Shown here in pieces: positions 19,916 to 36,041 of a stretch of DNA of 64,000 bases. The notes beneath the pieces were generated by a model. That model saw nothing but the letters and a program-made list of their open reading frames with translations. It was not told the origin of the DNA and made no database searches. Each line of letters starts with the position of its first letter. Positions within the stretch are counted from its first letter, which is position 1. The position numbers and the translations under genes were made by a program. Source of the stretch: Oikopleura dioica (taxonomy: Eukaryota > Animalia > Chordata); contig OU015567.1 of NCBI GenBank assembly GCA_907165135.1, positions 11,842,001 to 11,906,000 of the forward strand, written 5' to 3'.

Positions 19916-22900
19916 TCATCTTTGGACTTTCAAAAGAGCAGGGAATGTTTTCTTCCTCAGCCTCTCGACTTCTTGCTTGAGGACACTAATCTCGTTGTGC
20001 TGGCGCTTGACGATCTCTGCCAATTGTCGATTTCGAGCATGGTTTCGCATGATTTTACCCGTGTCGGGCATGATTTGGCCGTTCTTGATGTTGCGTTTTT
20101 CAGAAACGGCAATCAAAAGCTCTTCGATGATTCCGTCGAGATGAGCATTTTCACGAATGAGAGCTTCCTTTCGATCGCGAAGTTTTTTCGCTTCCTTATT
20201 ACGACGAGCCATTTTCGACTAAATTTATGTTAGAAATAGGTCACTCTTTGTGAGTTTACCTTGTGTTGTTCATTTTGCGCCTTCAAATTTCGATCAAGTC
20301 GCGCTAGATCTTGGTTTGTCTTATTCTGTCCGAGATTGCCAGAGAGAAGCACAGCTTGAAGTTCCCTAGTAAGTTTCAAGAGCTGAATATCCTGCGTCTT
20401 TTGGATGAGGTCGTCCTTCTCCATCTCGAGTTTGCGCCTTTCCCATTCGAGTGAGTGAATTCCCTTGAAGCATTTTATAGTAAGAAGGATGAAAATTATT
20501 GATTTACTTTTCTGAAATCGGCGGATTCGATCATGGCTTCAATTTTCGCCGTACCAAATTGTTTGATCTCAGCATTCATGTCCTCAACTGTCTCCCGATG
20601 AATAAATTGCGCTTCTGTATAATCTGAAATCAGAGCTTGAAATGATATTTTATAAGAATAAATTACCTGTGAGGAATTTGCCAGGATTGACCTCGACCTG
20701 GCCCTGCTTGAGTAAAATTTGGATGAGAAGATTTTTCGCCTTGTTTTTCATCTCCAGCTCGTGCGAATTCGATTCCGTCAGCATGTCCGACGCTTGAGCT
20801 TGAATTCTAGCGTCTTCAGAAGCACGAAGCGATAGGAAGTCTTTCATAACATTTACTTTTTGCTGATGATGTCTAAACGGAGTTTTTTACTTGTGAACTG
20901 CGTCAAATATCTTACCTCACAATAGCTTCTTTTCGCATTTTCTCTTCTCGAAGCGTAATCGTCTTTTGCCAATCTGCTTCTTCTACACCTGTTGGTGCCT
21001 CTTCTATGTTATCAAGCTCGGCCATGGTTTCATCTGGCTTTGGTCGGCGCTTGTATGCCTTGAAAAGCTGGTCGATAAAGACGTTTGACTCATCGAATTC
21101 GTTTTTGAAGGATTTTTCTGTTATCTGAAACTAAATTTGACGAGTGAAAATTGTGACAGAACTCACCTTATCATCATTAATTTTATCATCTAACTCTTCT
21201 TTAGCTGTATCGTAAAATCGCTTGAACTCATCTAAATACTTCTTTTTCTCTTTGACTGCTTCTTGAAGATCGCTGATCAGCTGTTTTATTAAGTTGTCAA
21301 TTTCTTGCGCTTCTTCGTCCCAGGTTAGTCCTCGTTGAATTCGAGCCATTCGGAGATATTCTTGGTCGACAGCCAACTGAGCAATCAATCGTTTTTGGTT
21401 GAGTTCTGAAAACTGTAAGACAAACATAAAGAACTGCGATTTTACCTTGAATAGTGAGATCAAAAGAGTGCATTCCCTCGACGATTCCCTGCTGAGTCTT
21501 TTTTGCTTCGATCTCGAGTGACTTTTTAAACTTCGTTCTCTCTTCTTCGAGAGCTGCAACTTTCTTATCGTACTCTTTAGCCTGTTTAACTTCTTCGTCG
21601 GTCCAATCAGACTCCATTTTATCTGGATCATCCATGAATGCAGGTCTTGGGACATCGATTTTGAGGACATCTTCTGATTTCACTTCCAACACGCCATCCA
21701 TCATTTCAAGCAGCGCTCGATCGCGCGCGTTATCACCTTTATTGGCTCTTCTTGCTTCTTCTAAGCGGCGTTCTTCTTCCAAAAGCGCTTGCTGTTCTTC
21801 AGTGAGTACTCGCTCGACCTCGACTTCTTCATCTTCGACTTCAAAAACGAGCTCAGTTTTCTCGCTATCGTCAAACTGCGGCTGAAGAAGCTCAAATTCG
21901 ACGCCAGTGTCATGGGAGATCTCGGTGATTCGTTCGTTCTTCTCGGCAATCTTGGCGATCTCGCTCTGTTTCTGTCGGAAAACCTGGTCAAACTGCTTGT
22001 TGAAATGCCTCTTGATCATAGTTATTCGATTTTCGATGAGAATCATTTCTGTTTTGCGGGATTCGGTATCGATAAGAGAGAACTGGCTTTCAAGCAGGTT
22101 ATCCTCCCCGATGAGCTGGTCGGTGACGGACCCATAAGGATGAATACCTGCGGTTTCTTCGTCGTCAACATTGGTGTCAGAGTTTTTGTTCTCTTTTTTC
22201 TGCACAGGTTCATTTTCTCGCTGGGCTTCTCTTTCTGTCTTTGCGTTTTCATAAATCCCAGAGAATTCTTGAGTAGTTGGCCGGATCTCAAAATTCTTGA
22301 CAGCGATCGGCATGTAAAATGCTTTGAGACATCGAGCGCCAGCTTCCATATTCTTCCAGCAATTATCACTGATCGAGTCAACTAACTTTCCGTAATCTTC
22401 GATTTTGCCGGAGATTTCTTTTCGCAACGATTCGATATCAGAGACTTCTTTCATCGCCATTTCTTCAACCTGTTCTTTATCCAGGTTGAACTCCTGGTTA
22501 TCAAGCTTCTCCAACTCGTCAGCTTCGTCATTTTCTTTCATCATTTTGTTGACAATCTGTCGCAAATCGTCGAGCTCAGAGGTGAATTCTGCTTTGATTC
22601 TTTTGTATTTTTGATCTTCGATTTCCGCAGCTATCTTCACCTGAATGGCAAACCAGTCTGGTTCGTCTGATGCCAGTTTCACATCCGAAGTATCAGCCAG
22701 GAATGGAAGATCTTTCGCTCCTTTACCAAGGGTGATTGCTTTTTGAACAAAATCGCTCTTCGCCTTTAGCTCGATCAACTCGATATTATGTTCGGAGAAG
22801 ACAAGGAGATTCTCACCATTGCGATCAAATCTCAGTTCATAAGCTTTATCTGATGAAGGCAGTTGAATCTTCTGGGTTATGTTTCGGATAAGGCTGAGTG

Positions 22901-25152
22901 AGCCAGAGCGGCATGCTTGTGCAACCCAGAAGTTATGAAATGGAGCAGCAAAGGAGATCGATGAAGTTGGCCACTGACTTAGCTGTCGTACGAATGAAAC
23001 TTCATCTGGGTAGACCTTGCCAAGAGTGAACTCGAGCTGATTAATCGTAGCAGTTTCAGAAGACACTGCCCAGCAACTCGCAACGCTACTCACGCAGCTA
23101 AGGAGCGATACCCGGGAGCAAGGTGGAATCATCACAGTTGTGGCGTTAATCGCTTTTTGCTCCAGCTCGAGGAGGTTGTTTACGTGCTTCACAAGATGCG
23201 ACTCCTTGAAAACTTCTTGCGAGATCTCGAATACAAGGAGAGCATCGATCACAGTTGAGGTCGACCCCTCGGCCAGATTGGCCAGAACAGTAAGAGGAGT
23301 GTTTGCATTTGAGGCCGAAACTGACAAGCCTTGTACCACGCCGTCGACTGGAAGATATCCCATAACATCTGGCAGGATTTTTTCAGAATTCTTCCATGTC
23401 AGCACCAAGATTTTGTCGTCGCTAGCAGACCCGACAATCAATGCTCTGTTGTAAGTGTCGACTGCGATGGATGTGAGGTTCTCCGTGAACAGCTTCTTTG
23501 ATGCCATACAGAGAAGTGTCTTGGTGTCAGGATCTACTTTCAGGGCAACTAAAGATCCACACTCAGTTCCAAGGAAGAAAAGGTTCTCTGACGCTGTTGA
23601 TGAGATTGTCAAAACCTGTGAATCGACATGAAGCACGTGACATCTTTTGAGCGTTGACTCGTAAAGCTCAAGCGTTTTTGAATCCCTCGAAATGACGATT
23701 CTACTATCAGAGGCGATCGCGGATGCAACTATCTTGGATGAACTCTGATAAAACTGCAGCGAAGTACTGTTATCTTCAAGCCTGATGACTTCTCGCTTTC
23801 CACAGGAGTACTCGACGAAAATATGGGTTTCAGCAATGGCATAACAGTTGGTAATATTCTGATAATTTGTTGAAGAAAGCTGCTTCAGAGTTTTAATCAT
23901 TTTTCCTTTTTGTTTTCTTGTCTTTTCTTGCCCAAGTAGCAAAATGCCATCTTCACCAATCATGACCAACTCGTCACTCTTCAACGCCATGCCTTGAATG
24001 CCATCAGAACAAGGGATGAAGTTCTCTAGAGCTAAGCTCGTCATGTTCTTGTACTCGGAGTCAGAAACGAAAAAGTCGTCATGTTCTCCATTTTGTCGGA
24101 TAGCGTAAATTTCACCGTGCGAAGTCGATAATAAGATCTTGGAGTCTTTCCAGAGCGCTGATGTTATTTCGCCATTATTTTGTTTTTCAATTTCGAAAGT
24201 AAGCGGCAGCTCTTCAACGTCGTTTTCCCAAAGATTTTCGGTTCTTCGTGAAAGCAGATTTACGGATCCATCCATGATATCGCTGAAAGTCACGTTCTTC
24301 TCCGTAAGCGTGCATTTTTCCTCATCAAAGCTTTCAATGGTGAACTTAGTGATATGCTTCTTTCTCTGCATGAGAAACTGATTGTTCGCTGATGGGTTGA
24401 ATTTGAGCGCGCGAAGGTCGTCGATGATGTCGATAGGCTTTTCAATGATGATCTTTCCGGTCTTGAGGTTGGCGACTTTTAGGCAGTAGTTAGGCAAACC
24501 GGATGCGAAGACACAAAACAGTCCATCTTGGGTGACATCGGCGGCTTTTTAGGTTTTTAAATCGAAAAAAATCAAGATAAATAATGAAATTCTGTTATGT
24601 AGATGGTGAAACCTTTCCTAGAATCTCATAATCAGCTGCGTCCTCGAGTTTGGCTCCATATTCTTTTCCATTTTTGAAGAATTGGATTTCAACTTGACCA
24701 AGAGCATCCCTAGTAGTAACGCCAAGAATATCCTTTCCGTTGCCGAAAATACGGATGATATTCTTGGAACACTCGATCGAGGACTCTTTCGATCCGTCGA
24801 CATTATAAAAATGGATGTTTCTGCATGTGGCGATGACAAGATTATTGCCGAGGATTATTGATGGGATTGAGCTTGGTAGTGAGTATCCCATCCTGAAAAA
24901 ATGCTCAGCTGAGTTTGAAGGGGCTAACCAAAAAAGGTCCTAGCTGTCACGTCCTAGCTCCAGACTTACTTATTTGGATATTGAAAAAATACCGAATTTT
25001 CCAAAATTTGACTTACGTGGTGGCGCCTTATCGAATGAACTATTTTTCTCACTTAAAATCTCTGTAAACAACTGGTTGTTCTAGAAAAGTCCCATATTTT
25101 AAATAAAATTTGTTTCCTTTGAGAAAATACTCAACGCGATGCGCGTTTCCAT
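19916..25152 (-). CDS. CFAP43: Cilia- and flagella-associated protein 43 (WDR96)
   Basis: N-terminal WD-like region, then MMDGVLEVKSEDVLKIDVPRPAFM...WTDEEVKQAKEYDKKV and the C-terminal EVERLRKKTFPAL, both matching CFAP43. Start codon (25152) tentative. Confidence 0.88.
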
Positions 25153-25569
25153 GGATACTCCTCGATGCCTTTCCCTTTGCTTCAAATTTCGTATGATTTT
25201 CATTTTTACATTTTTGATCAAGAGTGACCAAGTGGTGCCTTTCTAAATGTATTTCCTGTAATCATGTCTTATCATTCGGCTCGTGAAATGCAAACAGCTA
25301 ACTTTACTACAAGACTTTGAATCATTCTGGGGATTATACTTTATTCGATGTAATTGATCAGTTTCAATTCAATTAACTTGTAAGATAGACCTACAGTAAG
25401 AATAACCTTCGAAGTTGATTAAAATTGGGTACGGGCAAGCTAAGCTAGGGAAAATTTACAGTAGAGAAGGCAGTAAGAATTGTGAGGTGTAGTGGGTACA
25501 AGGGGCAGTTGGTAATTTGAGGTTGATATTTTATCAACTCGTTGGCACAGTGGTGAAAGATGTGCAGAG

Positions 25570-28500
25570 TTAGATGAAGAACAGGGAGTCTTGGAACTTC
25601 GTGCGAACGGTGGTTCGCTTGTCGTGGGAGTTGAAGTACCCTCGGACCTTTGAGAGCTCATTTTCGAGCTGCTTGGTTCCCTTCCAGTGAACACGAGCTC
25701 GTTCAGCGACGATGGAAGCGAGTCTGACAGGGGCGCATTCCGAAGTACTGAAATAATTTTTACCTCTTTGATTTGAGAGGAGTAACTTACGCTCGGTTAG
25801 CCCGCATGGTAGCGAGAGACAGCGCGTATGTCATTTCGGACATGTTTTGGAGCTCGACGTTGTTGTCGTCGTGCAGGACCTGATAGAAGGTCGGATTTAC
25901 GGTTCCGCAGGCCGCCTGTGAAGCAAGGTGGAAACTGTAGCTATCTAAATAAAAAGTTGGTGAAAGGGTGGCGCGATTTGGACTTACCTGGAACGCCGTT
26001 TCCGTAGCCGGCGACAACTGTTCCAGCGGGGATGTTCTCACCCATTCCATCCTTGTCCTCGTCATTAACGCAGAAGTATTTCTGCTTTGAGCCTCGGACC
26101 GAGCATATGAAGGTGATGCCAGGCTGGTAAGACATGTCGATTTCGGCGAGGGCCTTGCGGATGCCTTCCATGAGCTCGTTCTTGAGAATGGCCTGGATCG
26201 CTCCTTCGCTGGCTCCTCCTCGGTAGATGATGATCCGCTCCGGCTTGACACCGTTGTTCTTCGTGATGAACTGGCCGATGAGGTGCTTGAGGGCGGCCTT
26301 GAGCGTATCCTTGTGGATGATGGCGAGACGGGGGTCTTGGTGGTGAACGTAGTTGACAAAACCAGTACCACCTTGAGTCGTGGACGCAACAAAACCCACG
26401 AGAGATGGGTCAGTCGACTCGGGCTCCGCGTGTGAGATGCTCATTCCCATGATCATTAGCGGAGTTGGTGAAGGTGGGAGAGGAACATCAATTCGCCAGT
26501 TTTCGCCGCCAAGTTTGGCGTTGAGCTAAGAGTTTCCTTTAGATATATTCATAATCTAATGAATAGTACCTTGTACCAGAGGTTTTTGAGCATCGCTTCG
26601 TCTGGCCGCATCACATTTTTCGACTTGACCATTTGAGTCAGAATGCCATTGTTAAGCTCGGCGATGGATTTGACGACTTCGTAGTCATGGCCAGAATCAG
26701 GGACGCAGACGAGCACGAATGGGAGTTCGTTGAGCGATCTGCCCTTATCAGCGTACTCGGAGACGATTCGATCGAAGTCAAAGCCCGAGTCAAGTTTGAT
26801 GTCGAGGACTGGCTCAGACTTGATTTCCACGCCCAGTTTTCTCCCGACTTCTACGAACATTCTGCAGAAGCTGTCCCAGGTCTGTCGATCTCGAATCTGG
26901 TTTCCGATGCAGATTCGTCCCCACATCGGCACCACGGCGGCCTTGTTGAAGGTGTTGACATTCCAGGTGCCGTTTCCTTCGCCCTTGGATTTTTCAACGT
27001 CCACTTGTTGGCCAGCGTTGGCAGTGATAGCCGGCATATCGAGGACTCGACCTTCAGCGCCCATCGCTTCTTTGTTGATTCGTATGCCAAAGTCTGCAAG
27101 CATTTGGTCATCGAAAAGCTCTTTTGTCTCGACGATCTCTTGAATCTTCGCTTGTCGGACTGGCGCAGCTTCTGCCGAAGCTCGGATGAGCTGAGCTTTG
27201 TCATCTGCAGAGATGACCTTAGGTTTTTGCCCCGCGAGGACGCGGCACATGTCGGCAGGGAACATCTTCTTTCCGCCGCCCCGACCACGGCCTCTTCCAC
27301 CGCCACGCCCTCGACCACGACCGCCGCCACCGGCTTTCGCAGTTGTAACGACAACAGGGAAGTTGCCATTTGGATTATAGCGGGAATATTCATCTCCAAG
27401 CCGGGTTTCTCGGCAAATTGGACCAAACCCGTCGAACTTGTAAATTTTTCCGTCCTCTCCTTAAAAACAAAGTTTTTTCAAAAATATGTCTTTGCATATT
27501 ACCTCGCACTTCGATGTGGAGGTGTTTAAGGGAATCAGCGAGTTCCTGGGAGTTCTCCGGGTCGTACGAATCACGGAGAATGTCAGCAATCGGCTTGTGC
27601 TGCATGAACATTCCATAGGCCACTATTTAAAACTTGATTCAGGAACTTTTTGATACTAAAATACTCACAGTCGAGATTAAGAGTGACTTTGGTGCCGATG
27701 CCTTTCCAGTTGGAGATCTTGGCACTCTGATGAATTCCGTGCCAGACTTCCCGGCCGCGAGGGATGATTCGACGATCAGCATCCTTGTTCGCGATTTGAC
27801 AGAAAGCAGCCCGGCCCTTTGAGATGGCGCTGAGGTAATCGTTTATAAGGATGAATATTCACTATTTTGTTAGACTTACGCTGCATGAAAAGCGGGGTTA
27901 GTTCGAAGAATGATTTCGATCGCCTGGATCACTTCGGCAGGATGTTCTCCTCCGCCCTCCATGAAATCGAAAAGAGCTCTCATCTCGACTCTTTGTTCGC
28001 ATTCTTCGAGAGTTCCTTCCGCTGTTTCCTCCTTGTCGCCAGTTGGGTAAGTGACGCGGAAACCAACTCCATTGTGGCGATCTTCGTAGACGCTTCCATT
28101 GCGATCGTCTATTTCGCGGAAGCCTCGAAGCTCCCGTGGAGAAATCAGCATCTTGTCCCCATCAAACGCGAACTTGACTCCGAAAATCTGGGACAGAGTG
28201 TTGACGATTTTCCGCTTGTTCTCCTTCTTCACGTCTGGAGCAGGCCCTCGGCTTGGACCTTTCTTGGCAGAAGCAGCGACCTTAAAGTTACGAACTGAAA
28301 ATAATTGAAATCCACTCACTTTTGCGTTGAAATGGTAGATGTAGAAGACTGCGCCCTTGTCGTTCTTGAAGTCCAGGAGATAGTTGTTCGTCTTCAGCGA
28401 GATCAGTTTTCCACGGGTGAGCTCTCCATTCATCCTGGCCACTGGAATATCCGCAGTGGTTTTCGCGATCTCTCTGGCTAAAATAATGAAGTCAGTAATT

Positions 28501-29279
28501 GATTTTAATCAATTATCTTATATAAGATTTTAATTTACCCATTTTATGTTGCTTGCGGTCCTCTTCGGTTTCGGAAAACTTAGCAATATTGGCCTTCAAG
28601 TTGAGCGCGTCAAACTTGCGAGCAAGATCAGCCTTGGCATACTCGACCTGACCATCACCAGTGTATGCTTCGCGCTTGATGTTCTGGAGGCGCTCCTCTC
28701 GTTCTTGAGCCTGAAATCTCTATTAATAGTCGCTCTTGAGCGCAAGGCGCCAACATGCGGTTATCGAAGATTCGAAATCGTCTAAAACGCTCTGGCGACT
28801 AGGCGATATCATATCGCTCTGTCTAGCCTATCGATTTCTTCCGTTTTATAACCCTTGTAGAGACGTACCTTGTCTGGGCCCTTGCCGCGACCTCCGCGCC
28901 CGCCACGACCACCGCGTTCGCCTCGACCACCACGAGGTCCTCCTCGTCCGCCACCACCACGTCGGTCACCATATCCTCGGCTGTCTCCGTGATCTGAAAA
29001 CAAAATTTGAAAATGTGAGAATTTAAATCTCAATCGAAAATTTCAATTTGAATAATTTAAGAGAATGATTAAATTTGATTAATGATTTATCGCAAACTTA
29101 CCTCGACGATCGTAGTCGCGACCACCCCCGCGATGATCCCGGTCGCGGTCCCTGTCGTAACCTCCTCTGTCTCGATCGCGGTCATAGCCGCCTCGGTCCC
29201 GGTCGCGATCGTATCCACGATCACGATCTCGTCGATCATAAGATCGATCCCGGTCGTCGTATCCCCGATCGTATCCCAT
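25570..29279 (-). CDS. AGO: AGO-clade Argonaute, predicted slicer-inactive, with RD/RGG-rich N-terminus
   Basis: L1 motif RGREVWHGIHQS. PAZ end FPADMCRVLAGQ. MID Y..VK...TQ...KLNAKLGG. PIWI KPERIIIYRGGASEG, YQPGITFI and NIPAGTVV. C-terminal SLFFI*. Exons join with GT-AG. Confidence 0.92.
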
Positions 29280-30468
29280 CTCTCGTCTTCGATTTTTATC
29301 TGCAAAAAAAGTGAAAAAATTGGTTCATAAAATGAATGAGGAAAAGTGAGCTGGACGGTGGTTTAAATACTGAGGTTCGAAAATTCTTGATCAGAAATGA
29401 TAAAAGGGGGAGAGTCACAGGTAACCGGATATTGGAGCTTCAATCCTGATGAAGTAGGATCGTTTTTCTCTTTCTGAATAAAGGGGATGAAGAGGTGGAG
29501 TGTAGGGAATTCAGGAGCGGAAATACGAAGAAATAACCGAGGATTTTCTCTCGCGGGAGTGGGTGGCCTTCTGAGCAATGAGAGGAAGTCTCTTTCAATT
29601 CTCGAAATGAAAATCTCCTGTCATTGGTCAAAAGCAGTTACGCCTCGTGCTCAATGTATTTTCAAAAATGACCATCTGCCATTAGGGTTTCGCACCGGCT
29701 CGAAAGTCGCCAAAATATATTTGCAAAACTGGCGACGATCATAAAAGCAATCTTTACTTGGGGTAATAAACCGGCCAGGTTATCTACGTAGAATACAATT
29801 CTAGAATATTTTATTAAAATGAATCAATTTTAGTATTCTAGAAATAATCGGGAAATTCAGTTTTGTTGGAGGGGGGGGGCGACGAAAATACTGGAAACGA
29901 ATTTTCTTTCGCTGATTTCTCTCTCAGAAATCATTATATTTTTTCACTTTATTTACATACCTTAGGTGTTTTTTTCGATGAAGGGAAGTTTCGGAAGTTT
30001 CCAATTCTCGTTGTAAGATCTTTGATCAACAAACGACTCAATGCTGACGTAATAAAACGCGGCTCATTTTTCAATGGACAAACTTCGTCTCGCAGACATC
30101 TCAAAACACAATTTCGACGTTCTGCGATATGATTCTGCTGTTATTACACTGTAAAAGTGAGACTTCGTAGATTGGGCTGTTAGTAAATAATTTATTAATA
30201 ATGATTGATCATTTTTGAATCCAGTCCTTCACCAGAATCAGGTGTAAAGCGACAGTTTTGGCAAGAAAGCAAAATAAAACGAAAATAATCTTAGGAAGGA
30301 ATAAAAAAATGCACAGTTGGAGAAAGCAAAACAGCGTAAATGAACTTAGATATTAATTGGAATTATTATTGTGCTAGTAAGAGCAAATTTAGAAGTTTTG
30401 AATTTGCTGCGAATTTTGACGATGCTGGTTCAGCAGAAGAGCATGGATTTTCAGTTGGGAGAAGCGGC

Positions 30469-31489
30469 TTAGGAAATCGTACATCTTTTCTTAGCTGAAA
30501 ATAAGGTTGGGAAATGCATTTTCAAAGCAAATACAGCAGGTTACCTCTTTTGAAGAGTGACTTCTTTGATTTGGGTTTTTCTTCCTCAGCTGGAACAGTT
30601 TCTTGAATCTCTTCCGCTTGTACAACATTAGTAACATTCACACTAAAATTATCTTTTTAACATCGTCAATCTTAGTCGCTCTAATTACATAATTGCTTTT
30701 TCCTCTTCATCGTCGCTAGAGGAAGATGACGAAGAAGAGCTCTTTGAGCTTTTGGAAGACTTGGATTTCTTTGACGCTCCCGAGCAGCAACTGACGTTGT
30801 CTTGCTCTCCACAATCGACCGGGACTTCTTGGACGATCACTGGGGCGACGACTGGAGCTGGAGCGACCTCTTGATTGACCTGTACGATCACATTGACTTC
30901 GACATTGACCTCCTTTTCCTAGAGTTAAATGTCAATCAAGTGCAGAACTTTCAAAAGTACCTTTTCTGAGTCACTATCCGAGCTGCTGCTGCTTGATGAC
31001 TTATCATTCTCCTCTTCTTCCGCCTTCTCAGCCTCTTCATCTTTGCTACCCTCTTCGGCGTTATCTTCATTTTCAGCGGGCTCATTATCGTCTTCATTCT
31101 TATCATTATCGTCACTCTTTTCCGCGCTTGACTCAGTGCCATTTTCTTTCACTTCGTTCTCTTCTTCTTGTTCTACAGATTCCTCTACTTCTTCTTGTTC
31201 TTCTTCTTGCTCCGGTTCCAGCTCTGGTTCGGGTTCTTCCTCATATTCTGGCTCAGGCTCAGGTTCTGGCTCGACAATTTCATCTTCTATTTCAGGCTAG
31301 AGATAGTTTTTTGTAAGTCCGTGCAGTTACATAATCATAACATACTTGTTCCTCTTGAGTTTCTTCCTCTTGTTCTGTGCTATCTTCTTCCGGCTCTAGA
31401 ATTCAATGTAAGGCTCTTATCAATCACTTCAGTTTCTCTTTAGCTGCATCAGTCTTACCGGTATCTTCCCACTGTCTTTCGATTGTCAT
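30469..31489 (-). CDS. Acidic low-complexity protein ending in a polybasic stretch plus CaaX (KSKKSLFKRAKKRCTIS*)
   Basis: Exons joined by GT-AG introns by eye. Glu/Pro- and Ser-rich body. Stop TAA at 30469-30471. Confidence 0.6.
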
Positions 31490-32378
31490 TATTGGTGCTT
31501 GGGGGTTATTAAAAGTATACTTATTGTTTTGGGTGTTTAGTGATTGCTGCGGAATTTGTCTCTCCGGGCGGGCTTCAGCTCTCGATTATGGAGAATTCTC
31601 AGTGGCGGCGAATCATGTTCTAAGCTAAATTCGAAAACTGCGCCGGGGGGCCGCACTATCAACCTTGGCGCTCAATGAATCAATCTTCTCCCTTTTAGAA
31701 GAATTCCTCTCTCCTTTCTCTTCCTTTTGTTGAAATCTTAATCCTCAATAGGTCGTTTTTTATAGCCTGACTTGGTATGAAAGGTGTTGTTTTAGCGCCG
31801 CCTTCTCCGGAAAGTTGTTTTATCAAAACAAAACACGTTACGTGACGATAAACGTGCGGTTTTAAATTTTATGTTGACAGGGATGAAATTCCGTCTACAG
31901 GTATTGCTTGTTCAAGCTTCACACAGATACAGGTATTAATTTCAATTTGTGAATCGAAGTTTATCAAATTTTACCATTCTCAAGTGCAAGCAGCTTTCAC
32001 CTGGAAATTTAAGTAGCAAAAGCTGATAAGACGCCCCGAAGATTTTTATTATTTCTACCCACTTCTCGTAGCGTTTCTCGGCTTCCCCCTTAAAATATCA
32101 TCTTGTGAATATGATTCGAAGAAAATTTACTGGTACTGATCATGATGACATGAGTCGGTTAGATTATCTGACTACTGTTTTGAGTCAAAGTTTTCGTTGA
32201 ATAAGGGGCGTGCGTTTATAAGCGATTGACTACTCTATCATCTAATCAACTTGATATTCTCATCATAAATCTCGCGTGTGACAATATTTAAACGTTCGAT
32301 TTGTTTGTTAGTATTTTATATTTATCCAGTGGTCAGTCACATTCTCAAGAACTTCCAGCGCTTGTCATTTTCTTCATA

Positions 32379-35815
<3,437 letters not shown>

Positions 35816-36041
35816 TAAAACACATCTAAGATGAAAGTACAGCATCTCTCATTATTTTCTATAACCGAATTAGCTTCAGAAGATTTCTTATTTCCTTGAT
35901 TACTGCTTTATCGCCAGAACTTGTTGTTTGTTTTACATAGAACAGAATAGCCTTGGACAGATCTGAGATCTCCTCCAGTCATTTATCAATAGAGAAAGCG
36001 AGAAAGGATACAACTGGGTTGAAAACTTGAAAAGTCAATAA

